64,000 nucleotides of DNA from Eledone cirrhosa (lineage: Eukaryota): positions 24,242,001-24,306,000 of the forward strand of contig OZ024758.1 of NCBI GenBank assembly GCA_964016885.1. The letters run 5' to 3'. Every line of letters begins with the position of its first letter. Position 1 is the stretch's first letter. The position numbers were made by a program, and so were the translations under genes. The notes under the pieces are model-generated. The model worked only from the letters and a program-made list of their open reading frames with translations. It was not told the origin of the DNA and did not search any database. Shown piece by piece: positions 37,522-50,379 of the stretch.

Positions 37522-38320
37522 ATATTTGTTTCTACTTTTGGCACAAGGCCAGCAATTATTCCAGTGTTTGTAGGGCGTTGGAGAGGCAGTATCGGTAGAG
37601 CGTCGTACATGTTTTATGGCATAGGGTTAGGCCCCTTTACGATACGAGTTCAAATCCCAACGAGGTTAGCTTTGCCTTTCATCCTTACGGGGTCGATAAA
37701 ATAAGGTACCAGTAATGCACTGGGTTTGGCCTCTTTACGATCTGAGTTCAAATACTGTCGAGGTTAACTTTGCCTTTCATCCTTACGGGGTCGATAAAAT
37801 AAAGTACCAGTAATGCACTGAGGTCGATTTGGGATCGGCTAACCCCTTCCCCCAAAATGTTTGGCCTTGTCTCTAAATCAGAAACTATTTTTATGGTGTT
37901 TGTAAGGCGGGAAATGGACAGAGTCATTAAAACTCCGGATAAAATTCTTTGTGGTATTCATTCCGACTCTCTGCTCTTTGAGTTCAATCCCCAACGAGGT
38001 CAACTTGGCCTTTCATCCTCTCGAGGTCGATAAAAAAAAGTACCAGTCCAGTACTAGGGTGGATCCTTCCTCCATGTCTCTTTTCTAAGGCTGTAGGTTG
38101 GCAGAATTGGGAGAGCGTTGCACATAATATGCCATTACCTTATTTGGTTTGGTTTGGTTCTCTACACACCGAGTTCAAATTCCACCCTAATCAACTTTGC
38201 TTTTCATCCTTCCCGGGGTTGATGAAACAAAGTACCAGTCATGTACTGAGGTTAATTTAATCAACTTTGCTCTTTCCCCAAAAAATTGCTGGCCTTGTAC
38301 CTAATTTAGAAGCCAATATT
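37522..38320 (+). mobile_element. Cluster of 4-5 SINE copies and fragments
   Basis: Repeated SINE bodies. Confidence 0.85.
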
Positions 38321-38576
38321 ACTGTTTGTAGGAGATTCTATTGCAAATACATAAAATCTATCACGCTGTGTATAAGATAAAAGTTCACGTCTTCGAGATT
38401 TCTATCTCAATGGTATACAACAGACTATCGAGTTTGATATATATTAGGTGAGACTATATTCTGTAAGGTCAGTGTTTAACAAGTATGGTGGTACTATAAA
38501 CATGTATGGTGGTACTATAAACATGTAGACCAAAACTGTTTGTGACACACATGTATGTGGTAGATGTGTGCGTGTG

Positions 38577-38756
38577 GAGACAGAGAGAGAGAGAGAGACA
38601 GAGAGAGAGAGAGACAGAGAGAGGCAGAGAGAGACAGAGAGAGGCAGAGAGAGGGAGCGAGAGAGAGAGAGGGAGCGAGAGACAGAGAGAGGGAGAGAGA
38701 GACAGAGAGAGGGAGCGAGAGACAGAGAGAGGGAGCGAGAGACAGAGAGAGGGAGC

Positions 38757-38788
<32 letters not shown>

Positions 38789-38921
38789 GAGAGACAGAGA
38801 GAGAGACAGAGCTAGAGAGAGACAGAGCTAGAGAGACAGAGAGAGACAGAGATAGAGACAGAGAGAGACAGAGCTAGAGACAGAGAGAGAGACAGAGAGA
38901 GAGAGAGACAGAGAGAGAGAC

Positions 38922-38970
<49 letters not shown>

Positions 38971-39255
38971 GAGAGACAGAGACAGAGAGAGAGAGAGAGA
39001 CAGAGAGAGAGAGAGTGACAGAGAGAGGGAGCGAGAGACAGAGAGAGGGAGCGAGAGACAGAGAGAGGGAGACAGAGACAGAGAGACAGAGAGAGAGAGA
39101 GAGAGACAGAGAGAGAGACAGAGCTAGAGAGAGACAGAGCTAGAGAGACAGAGATAGAGACAGAGAGAGACAGAGATAGAGACAGAGAGAGACAGAGCTA
39201 GAGACAGAGAGAGAGACAGAGAGAGAGAGACAGAGAGAGAGACAGAGAGAGAGAC

Positions 39256-39326
<71 letters not shown>

Positions 39327-39417
39327 GAGACAGAGAGACAGAGAGAGTGACAGAGAGAGTGACAGAGAGAGTGACAGAGAGATAGAGAGTGACAGAGTGA
39401 GAGAGAGTGATAGAGAG

Positions 39418-39448
<31 letters not shown>

Positions 39449-40058
39449 AAGAGACAGAGAGAAAGAGACAGAGAGAGAGAGAGAAAGAGACAGAGAGAGA
39501 GAGAAAGAGACAGAGAGAAAGAGACAGAGAGAGAGAGAGCGAGAGAAAGACAGAGACAGACAGAGAGAGACAGAGACAGAGAGACAGAGACAGACAAACA
39601 GACAGACAGAGACAGACAGAGAGAGACAGAGACAGACAGAGAGAGACAGAGACAGACAGAGAGAGACAGAGAGAGACAGAGACAGACAGCGATAGACAGA
39701 GACAGACAGAGACAGACAGAGAGAGACAGAGAGAGACAGAGAGAGACAGAGAGAGACAGAGAGAGACAGAGACAGAGAGAGACAGAGAGAGACAGAGAGA
39801 GACAGAGACAGAGAGTGACAGAGACAGAGAGTGACAGAGAGTGACAGAGACAGAGAGAGAGAGACAGAGACAGAGAGAGACAGAGACAGAGAGAGACAGA
39901 GACAGAGAGAGACAGAGACAGAGAGACAGACAGAGACAGAGAGACAGACAGAGAGAGCGAGACAGAGACAGACAAACAGACAGACAGACAGAGAGAGCGA
40001 GACAGAGAGAAAGAGAGAGAGGGGAGAGACAGAGAGAGACAGAGAGAGACTGAGAGAG
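38577..40058. repeat. (GA)n/(GACA)n tract
   Basis: Visible. Confidence 0.95.
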
Positions 40059-40311
40059 AACTGCAGTACTGAGACTACGATAGTTGTAGTACTCAATACA
40101 CGGGAAGATGCAGAGTAGGTATAGAGATATGTAAAAAAAAATTGACCGCTGCACCAAGTGCTTTCAGAAGCAAAAACCGTTTGATGTCGCGGTTGGATTT
40201 TACATATCTCTCTCTCTCTCTCTCTCTCTCACTATGAATGAGTGATGCTAGAGCAGTGAAATCTTGCATGCATTAATTTCAACTCTTAATAATTGCATTG
40301 TTTCTTTCAAT

Positions 40312-40924
40312 GAAATCCCGCCGAGGTTGACTTTGCCTTTCATCCTTAAGGGGCCGATAAAATAAAGTACCAGTCACGCACTGGGGTCGATTTAATCGAC
40401 TTTCCCCTCCCTCCAAATTACTGGCCTTGTGCCTATATAAGAAACCATTATTAAATACAGGCAGTGGATTGGCAGAATCGGTAGAGCGTCGGACGCCATG
40501 CCTTGGCGCATAGAGTTACGGCCCTTGCATTCTGGGTTCAAATCTCGCCGAGGTTAACTTTGCCTTTCATCCTTACGGGGTCGATAAAATAAAGTACCAG
40601 TAATGCACATATACATATATACATACACATATATACACGTATATATATATACACATATATACACACATACACACACGCACATATATACACACGCACATAT
40701 ATACATATACACACGTACATATACATATACACACATACATATACACACATACATATATATATACACACACACATATATATATATATATACACATACATAT
40801 ATATATATATATACATACACACATACATATATATATATACATACACACATACATATATATATATACATACACACATACATATATATATATATACATACAC
40901 ACATACATATATATATATATACAT

Positions 40925-40955
<31 letters not shown>

Positions 40956-42065
40956 CATACACACATACATATATATATATACATACACACATACATATAT
41001 ATATATACATACACACATACATATATATATATATACATACACACATACATATATATATATATACATACACACATACATATATATATATATACATACACAC
41101 ATACATATATATATATATACATACACACATACATATATATATATACATACACACATACATATATATATATACATACACACATACATATATATATATACAT
41201 ACACACATACATATATATATATACATACACACATACATATATATATATACATACACACATACATATATATATATACATACACACATACATATATATATAT
41301 ACATACACACATACATATATATATATACATACACACATACATATATATATATACATACACACATACATATATATATATACATACACACATACATATATAT
41401 ATATACATACACACATACATATATATATATACATACACACATACATATATATATATACATACACACATACATATATATATATACATACACACATACATAT
41501 ATATATATATATATACACACATACATATATATATACATACACACATACATATATATATATACATACACACATACATATATATACATACACACATATATAT
41601 ATATACATACACACATATATATATATACATACACACATACATATATATATATACACACATACATATATATATACACACATACATATATATATACATACAC
41701 ACATACATATATATATATATATATACATACATACATACATACATATACATACACACATACATATACACACACATATACACATTCATATATGCACACATAT
41801 ATACATTCATATATGCACACATATATACATGTATACACACAAATATGCGCACACATATACACAAATATACGCACACATATATACACAAATATACACCACA
41901 CACACACACACGTACACACGTACATATATACATATATACACACACACGCACACATATATACACGCACATATGTACACACACGTACACATATACACATATA
42001 TACATATACACACACACACATACATTGAGCAATTGCTGGCCTTATGCCAAAAGTAGAAACAATTA
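40312..42065 (+). mobile_element. Two SINEs, the second split by a 1.4-kb TA/CA tract (about 40609-42022)
   Basis: The SINE stops at TAATGCAC and resumes as AATTGCTGGCCTTATGCCAAAAGTAGAAACAATT after the tract. Confidence 0.9.
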
Positions 42066-42541
42066 GTTTATATGTTCTGCTTCTACATTACCAGTTAATT
42101 TTAACGTTTCTTGTAGCGTTTCTTGAAATGTTTCCTTTAATTTGGAGTCACAGCGGTCGCCATCAATCATTTTAAAGAATAGACATTAAAGTTATCTTCA
42201 GATATTTTGTCTGAACGTTTAAATTACTATGGCACACGAGGGAATTATTTTAAAAATTATCGTTAATTTGGCTCCATCTCGTTGTTGCTATTGTCGGCTG
42301 TCGTGCAAACATATAACAACTTAGTGTATCGCATGTAAAAGACACACGCATTAGCAAAAATATGAAGACAGCATATATATGTGTAGGTATGTATATTCCC
42401 TCTGATAGTTTGTAAAATTTTTACATAGATCTATATACTATACATACCAACACACACATATATATCCTAGAAACGATCGTAAAATGATGAATTTTTTAAT
42501 ATAAGGAACTGTTTGTTCGTTTTTATTCATTATTTTTATTA

Positions 42542-42587
<46 letters not shown>

Positions 42588-42781
42588 ATTAGTTTTGCGA
42601 GGTTTTTGATATGAAATCGTGTGTCGAAACAATCACGAACACACATCAAACAAAACACTATACACACACACGCAAACGCATGCGCAAAGAAGACAAAATA
42701 AAATAAACAAATAAATAAATATATAAACAGACTAAATAAAGATGGCGTAGAAAATACAATGCAACGAGAGGAAACAATAGC

Positions 42782-42823
42782 ACCACTGACGATGTTGCAG
42801 ATGTGCAACGAAAGAACTTTGAT
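42782..42823 (+). ncRNA. Minimal type I hammerhead motif (copy A)
   Basis: ACCA-CTGACGA-T-GTTGCA GATG TGCAAC-GAAA-GAAC-TT-TGAT; perfect 6-bp stem II, stem I with one mismatch. Confidence 0.65.
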
Positions 42824-43011
42824 AAACTATATATATATATATGTGTTTGTGTCTATATTGTTGTTTGTTCTATGTGTGTGTTTTCATTTTGTCCTTAATT
42901 GTAAGTTGTGATGTTGCTATTCCATTCATGTAACATGCGCAAACTAAGCACACAAAAACAAGATGGCGTAGGACAGAACAAAGGAGAGGCACAAAAAGAA
43001 AATAATACCCA

Positions 43012-43054
43012 GTCACTGAAGAGGTCACAGAATGTGCAACGAAAGAACTTTGAT
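43012..43054 (+). ncRNA. Chimeric hammerhead motif (copy B), stem II disrupted
   Basis: 5' half as in copy D (GTCA-CTGAAGA-G-GTCACA), 3' half as in copy A (TGCAAC-GAAAGAACTTTGAT). Confidence 0.5.
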
Positions 43055-43403
43055 AAACTATATATATATATATATATGTGTTTGTGTCTATATTGTATCT
43101 GTATTTTTGACCGTTGGTCAGTCAATGGCAACATTGAGGACCGAATGAATTAAATTACCGATATACACAGAAGCGAAAAGCGAAAACCAACCAAACAGTG
43201 AGTGTGTTCTGTTATTGCCCTCTCCAAGTATAACAATATATATATATATATAGTTATGCTTTGGGAGGGTCATGTTGCCAATAAGAAACACACGCACCAG
43301 TTGCTTTCACTTCAATTTGTTATAAATTAAATTTATAAATTTAGGAATTTATAAATTTCCGGTTGGTTGGTTGGTTCCACAACCAGACGATTGTTCATAT
43401 ATT

Positions 43404-43444
43404 GTCAGTTCTTTCGTCACACATTCTGTGACCTCTTCAGTGAC
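43404..43444 (-). ncRNA. Hammerhead motif (copy C) lacking the cleavage dinucleotide
   Basis: Identical to copy D except GAAAGAAC--TGAC (TT missing). Confidence 0.5.
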
Positions 43445-43742
43445 TGGGGATTCTTTTCTTTGTTTTTGTGCCTCTCCTTTGTTCTGTCCTACGCCATCTT
43501 GTTTGTGTGTGCTTAGTTTGCGCATGTGTTACATCCGGGTGTCTATGTGTGTTTATATTTGTTTATTTACATGCTACTGGTTGGTTTTTTGTTCTATGCG
43601 TGTGTGTGTTTTCATTTTGTCCTTAATTGTAAGTCGTGATGTTGCTATTCCATTCATGTAACATGCGCAAACTAAGCACACAAAAACAAGATGGCGTAGG
43701 ACAGAACAAAGGAGAGGCACAAAACAAAGAAAATAATCCCCA

Positions 43743-43785
43743 GTCACTGAAGAGGTCACAGAATGTGTGACGAAAGAACTTTGAC
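43743..43785 (+). ncRNA. Minimal type I hammerhead motif (copy D), intact
   Basis: GTCA-CTGAAGA-G-GTCACA GAATG TGTGAC-GAAA-GAAC-TT-TGAC; 4-bp stem I, 6-bp stem II, short near-palindromic stem III. Confidence 0.72.
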
Positions 43786-44223
43786 AATATATGAACAATC
43801 GTCTGGTTTTGAACCTTTGAAATAATATGTATAATAAAATATATATTTTTATTATGAGAATATTTTTCATTTATTAATATTTTGAATAATATTAAATACT
43901 CCACGAAAATCAACTGTCGAGTGCTTCTAATCTATTGTAAAATTGTATTCGTTGAATAATCAACGAACCATATTAATCTTTGGTTATATATAAGTATGTT
44001 TTGAAACAGTGAGCGAGTTTGAAATTAGAAATATAAGCTTTCACCGTATTTTTTACAAAAGAAATTTTTAGCCCGATAGTGGGGATTAGAACCCTCAGAG
44101 AAATGGAAAAAGATGATCTTTGGTCATCCAGACCACTGTGCTACCATTACACCAACACATCACCCATTCTAATATATATATGTAAAATTACAAAATAAGA
44201 GGAAATAATAGACAAAAATATAC

Positions 44224-44365
44224 CTATTTTTTCTTCAAAGTCCCGACTGCGGAGTTTCGCTGATCCATATGCAACAATTGTGCATTATAGAAATACACCA
44301 TCGTTGGGAGGCAAATCAGCTTGTCAAGGAACACCTCAGAGAAAGGGACTGTTTTCCAGACGTGC
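44224..44365 (-). other. Candidate 142-nt non-coding internal exon
   Basis: Acceptor TTTTCTCACTTGCTACAG|G and donor AG|GTATAT bound non-repetitive sequence; stops occur in all three frames. Confidence 0.4.
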
Positions 44366-44490
44366 CTGTAGCAAGTGAGAAAATGTCTATAGGCAGAGGG
44401 AGGAATTAACACGCGATTCATACATATATGCATTCGTGAGTTTTATATCAAATAATGTTCGATTCGTTTGCAAGGAAACAACCACATTAC

Positions 44491-44847
<357 letters not shown>

Positions 44848-45255
44848 TTTTTTTTTCAAAAATGGGAAACAGAAAACGAATTAAGGTTAAAAAAAAATAA
44901 GTGTCGCGAATTTTCTCATTGGCAGTAAGAAATATTTACGTCAATTAAATCATTGTATTTATTTATTCAATAATATATTGTAAAAACAATGAAATATCTG
45001 GACCATACTATTAAATATTTAATCTATTTTGATTGGTTTAAGCTTGTATCTGCCTCAGGCACAATTTAATTTTTTTGGCAATGAAATATTTAATGTCCAA
45101 ATCCTAATCTTGCAATGTTTTGTAAGATTGCTGTAATCCCTTCTTCCTTGCCAGACACACACAAACAATGATACATGCACACATTCACATACATAAAATA
45201 TATGTATAGACACCTACACGTACATATAAATGTATAGACACAAGCATACACACAG

Positions 45256-45286
<31 letters not shown>

Positions 45287-45331
45287 TATATATATATAAT
45301 ACAATGAATATATTAGTTTAACGCTTGAGAT

Positions 45332-45396
<65 letters not shown>

Positions 45397-45504
45397 ATAT
45401 ATATGTATGTATGCATACATGTAAAAGGTAAACAGAAATAACACAATCGGTACAGTATATGGAAGGTATATATTAGGTTAACGCTTGTTATAGCAGGAAG
45501 AGGG

Positions 45505-45540
45505 TCTTAACGTTTCGGACGCTAGTCCTTCATCAGAAGA
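45505..45540 (-). ncRNA. Minimal type I hammerhead, Penelope-associated type
   Basis: Minus strand TCTT-CTGATGA-A-GGAC TAGC GTCC-GAAA-CG-TT-AAGA; canonical core with palindromic stem III (AACGTT). Confidence 0.8.
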
Positions 45541-45720
45541 AAGAATGAGAAATAAAATAGATTAAGTGGATGGAATTGGAAAAAATGTCTTTAGATAAAA
45601 ATAACAGGTCCATTCATGTTGACATCTCTTGCAAAATGTGTTAAGTATTTCCGAAGAAAAAGCAAAGGAAAAGAGTGCTCTATGTATAATACAGAGCTAT
45701 TTTCATATATACATAACAAA

Positions 45721-45792
45721 TATTTCATCTGATGAGCGAACCAGACGTATGTTAATATTGTCTGGGGTCCTGAAACCTTTGGTAATGGAGTA
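45721..45792 (+). ncRNA. Type I hammerhead with long imperfect stem II
   Basis: TATTTCAT-CTGATGA-G..CCAGAC..GTCTGG..T-GAAA-CC TTT GG-TA-ATGGAGTA; 8-bp stem I with two G-U pairs, GUA site. Confidence 0.7.
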
Positions 45793-45874
45793 GTTATATT
45801 GTGTTGTTTATTTTCTAATTAATTAATTAATTAATTGTGAGTGAGTGAGTGAGTGAGTGAGTGAGTGCGCGTGT

Positions 45875-45922
<48 letters not shown>

Positions 45923-46972
45923 CTATAAGATAAATTTATATATACTGTATCAAAATAACCAAGACTGTAAATGTCTATCTAGAATTATACTTTGAATATC
46001 TTGATCTTTAGACGTGTGAAATCTGCGTATTTCTCTGTAAATTGGAAAAGAAAAAGTTTATAAATGCCATAGAAATGCCGTATGTCAATATGGCACCGCT
46101 CCAGGAGTTACGGAACTATACAGTAGCATTTTCAGTTACGCGAACTGCAGAGTATTGAGAAAAAATTAGACATTGGGGGTTATAGGGGGGTCATTTTCGG
46201 CCAGATAACTCTGCTAGATGCAGGTGAGACTGTAAAATAAACTACTTTCTTTCGTGTAAAGTGTGAGTGTGCGTTCAAGTTAATAGTATAGCCAGTTAGT
46301 TGAGGTGCTAGGTTGTAGCAGAGGCAACGCAGGTGTATAGGAACTTCTGCATGGCGAAGCAGTTCCTTAACAGAAAGAGAGCCGGATGGGCGTCCATCAG
46401 AGACCTGCCAACCTCTAAAAACCCAAACGGGGGAGTACCATGAAAAAGGAGTGCCCCAAAACTGGGAGAAATTAGGCAAAATGAGGAGATTTTACATCAT
46501 GAAAGCTATACCCATAATTCACCCACCCCAAAGTAGGTGGAAGATCACCCCGTCGGACGGGGAGAACTGACAGGTCTGAAATCAGATTCAGGTTTAAGTA
46601 GGAGAGTGGAGTAAACAGGGAGGGCTCTTGACATGACATCAGCTATTTAAACAATACAACTTTGCTTTATTACAATATATCTACAAAATCAATATGTAAG
46701 ACTTGCCATTGCTTTTCTTTTTCACTCAAAAAAGAACGTTTTTTTTAAAATATATTTTGGTTATTTATCTTTATTGCAGTTCACTCTTTTAAACTCTTTA
46801 TTTCTCTCGAAATAATCTCTTCATTAAAATTAGAATCATTTTCGAATTTCCAATGGCTATTTTCAGTTTTTTTACTTGTATATTTAACTCCCACAGGCAA
46901 GTAAATGTTTATTTACTTCCACTGTATCGGAATATATATATATAATTAATGTTCAGTCAAACACATACGTAC

Positions 46973-47011
<39 letters not shown>

Positions 47012-47030
47012 TGTTCAGTCAAACACATAC

Positions 47031-47087
<57 letters not shown>

Positions 47088-47574
47088 TAAATGGCTTCTA
47101 CAAAACTAGAAATATTTCATTAAAAAGAAAAAATCATCAGCACAGCTTTCCTGGTGATTTCTTTTGAATGAAACAGTTCAGTGGCCGTGAAATGGCGGTA
47201 ACCCAAAAAGTTTGAGAATCTCTCCTTTAGAATAATGTAGGGACCCAAGTAATTGCCCTTTACACAGGAATATATAGTGTATGGATATAAGATATCTATT
47301 GAAAATGAAAACAAGTTTTACATAGGAACTACTTAAAAATTTTTTAAGAAATGTTATTCCGCACATATGAACTCTCTAAGAAATGATATTAAAAACCACA
47401 GTGTATAGATATTAAATATCTAATGTTTCTACAGTCCAAAAGGGAGTTGCACCTGTAATTTGAAGGGCCAGCCTCGTCACACGGAATCTCCCTGAGAACC
47501 ACATATAGTGTATAGATATAAAATATCTAACGTTTCTCCAGTCCACTCAGCTAGCAAAAGGGAGTTGTGTCTGT

Positions 47575-48663
47575 AATTTAAAGGGCCAGCTTTGTCACAT
47601 TCTGTGTCACACTGAGAACTGTGTTAAGGGTATGCGTGTCTGTGAAATGCTCAGCCACTTGCACGTTAATTTAAAGGGTCAGCTTTGTCACATTCTGTGT
47701 CACACTGAATCTCCCTGAGAACTGTGTTAAGGGTATGCGTGTCTGTGAAATGCTCAGCCACTTGCACGTTAATTTAAAGGGCCAGCTTTGTCATTCTGTG
47801 TCACACTGAATCTCCCTGAGAACTGTGTTAAGGCTATGCGTGTCTGTGAAATGCTCAGCCACTTGCACGTTAATTTAAAGGGCCAGCTTTGTCACATTCT
47901 GTGTCACGCTGAATCTCCCTGAGAACTGTGTTAAGGGTATGCGTGTCTGTGAAATGCTCAGCCACTTGCACGTTAATTTAAAGGGCCAGCTTTGTCACAT
48001 TCTGTGTCACGCTGAATCTCCCTGAGAACTGTGTTAAGGGTATGCGTGTCTGTGAAATGCTCAGCCACTTGCACGTTAATTTAAAGGGCCAGCTTTGTCA
48101 TTCTGTGTCACACTGAATCTCCCTGAGAACTGTGTTAAGGCTATGCGTGTCTGTGAAATGCTCAGCCACTTGCACGTTAATTTAAAGGGCCAGCTTTGTC
48201 ACATTCTGTGTCACGCTGAATCTCCCTGAGAACTGTGTTAAGGGTATGCGTGTCTGTGAAATGCTCAGCCACTTGCACGTTAATTTAAAGGGCCAGCTTT
48301 GTCACATTCTGTGTCACACTGAATCTCCCTGAGAACTGTGTTAAGGCTATGCGTGTCTGTGAAATGCTCAGCCACTTGCACGTTAATTTAAAGGGCCAGC
48401 TTTGTCACATTCTGTGTCACACTGAATCTCCCGGAAAACTGTGTTAAGGCTATGCGTGTCTGTGAAATGCTCAGCCACTTGCACGTTAATTTAAAGGGCC
48501 AGCTTTGTCACATTCTGTGTCACGCTGAATCTCCCTGAGAACTGTGTTAAGGGTACACGCGTCTGTAGAATGCTCAGCCACTGGCACGTTAATTTCACGA
48601 GCAAGCTGTTCCGTTGATTGTATCAACTGGAACACTCGTCGTCGTCGTAACCGACGGAGTGCC
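47575..48663 (+). repeat. About 103-bp satellite (10 copies) amplified from the 3' body of a CORE-type SINE
   Basis: Preceded by CTCCAGTCCACTCAGCT (end of the CORE-like domain) and followed by a probable SINE tail ...GTAACCGACGGAGTGCCA. Confidence 0.85.
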
Positions 48664-48687
48664 AGATACTGAAGTTGAAAACAAGTT

Positions 48688-48820
48688 TTATTCTAGTTTT
48701 ATTCTAGTTTTATATAAATTTATTCAAAAGTAAAAAAAAAAAAAAAAAAAAAATTATTTAGTAAGAAAAGATAAAAAAAGAGGAAAGGAAAGACAGAATA
48801 GGGAAATATAGAATATAAAA
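48688..48820 (-). mobile_element. Isolated 3' tail copy of the CRE-like element at 49924-50307
   Basis: Near-identical to 49924-50040. Confidence 0.7.
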
Positions 48821-49502
48821 AGTTGAAAGCAAGTTTGAAATGTTTAAAGAAACTTAATCACGCATATATAAGCTCTTTTGGAAAAGAAATTAAAAACCAC
48901 ATTACGCCATTTGCCGAATGTATCTGTACTTTACACAATTCGAAGGTAGGGAATGGTTTAATTTGGTTCATTATTATTTCGGCTGGGAGTGTGATTTATG
49001 TTATGTCTTTTAAACCGGAGACGAGAAATTATGAGGAAGTAATATCTTTTTCCAAAGTTGTTGTATATTTTCACTCTCGAGTATCTAAATAAACATAACC
49101 GACGTCATAATATTACAAATGAAAATAGAAAAAAAAAAAGAAGAAAAAAAACACGCAAGCAGGTAATACACACATTTAGGACCACATACACCAAAAGGCG
49201 GGCGAAAAGGGTGGACAAACGAACAGCCGCCAGAACAAAAGATAACGAGAATTTGTGGTGTTCTGTTCGTATAAGATTCTGCGAACATTTTCAATACTGG
49301 TTTGTGTTCCAGCATAAGTTAAATATAGAATTTTCGTAACCTTTAAAGTTATATTTAATTAGTAACTTTTACGTACCTATTAGCAACCATATACCCGGTA
49401 AATAGAAATTGAATATCACATTCTTACGTTGTACTAATACAGTAGAGTAACAGGTAAGAGATAAATATAAAACAAAATTGTGAAATGGTAAACGTAAATT
49501 CG

Positions 49503-49725
49503 CTTACCTTACCTTACCTGTCCTATCCTGCCCTAATCGTTGCAGTTGTTTAGAGGTATAAATCCATGTAACTTTAACTATCCAAAATTTGATTTTTTTT
49601 TTTTTTTAAATTCTCGAGTTTTCCTAGAGTTTACCCATAGGCGGGTCTACGCCCGACGCTAACCAAAGAAGACTGCCAAGATGGCAGACGCTCTGCTAGT
49701 CAACTTCCGCCCATATGACGTCATT
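49503..49725 (-). promoter_or_regulatory. Candidate housekeeping-type promoter and first exon
   Basis: CRE TGACGTCA at 49716-49723, ETS GCGGAAGT at 49710-49703, YY1-like GCCATCTT at 49685-49678, a CpG-rich patch, and donor CAG|GTAAGGTAAGGTAAG at 49517. Confidence 0.55.
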
Positions 49726-49923
49726 GCTCCTGGTACACCGATGTACAACATGTGATCCCACAGAAATAACAACACTAGAATTAAATCTAATGATTAAGAC
49801 AATAAAGTTAAATTTTCTGTACATTAGCCAGATAAATATTTGGTAATAACCATCTAAAACCTCAATAAATGTTCCACAAGTCTGCCATAATAACGTAGTC
49901 CCCTTAAAATAGGGTCTGTTCAC

Positions 49924-50307
49924 TTTTATTCTAGTTTTATACAAATTTATTCAAAAGTAAAAAAAAAAAAATAACATTATTTAGTAAGAAAAGATAAATA
50001 AAGAGGAAAGGAAAGACAGAATAGGGAAATATAGAAGAAAAAAAGAGAAAGAAAGAAGAAAAAAAGAGAAAGAAAGAAGAAAAAGAACGGGAAAGGGAGG
50101 GGATGGCAAGAGCTATGGTGTCGCAGAAGAGAGGGGGAGGGTGATTGGGCAAGGGGGAAGGAGTGCTGTGCCCCGCGGACAAGACGGCAAAAGCATTCCC
50201 CCGGACGATGGCCAGTGACACCCGCTGCCCTAACAGCCACCCAACCTCACGGGGCTCCCTCCTCAGACGGGTCACCGACTCTCCGATCTTGCGGGGCAGC
50301 TCGGCAG
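49924..50307 (-). mobile_element. CRE-like (restriction-like endonuclease) non-LTR retrotransposon 3' fragment
   Basis: Peptide KIGESVTRLRREPREVGWLLGQRVSLAIVRGNAFAVL matches the C-terminal motif QRLS.A.QRGNA..V; a pyrimidine-rich 3' UTR follows. Confidence 0.75.
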
Positions 50308-50379
50308 TACAGGGTTTTGTTTTTTTTTCTTATTGATATTAAATACACTAAGGCGGTGAATTGGCAGAGTCGTTAAAAT

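Larger units (their letters stand above)
43381..43808. mobile_element. 428-bp element with ~150-bp inverted arms, each carrying a hammerhead motif (Penelope-pLTR-like)
   Basis: 43381-43534 is the near reverse complement of 43657-43808. Confidence 0.75.
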
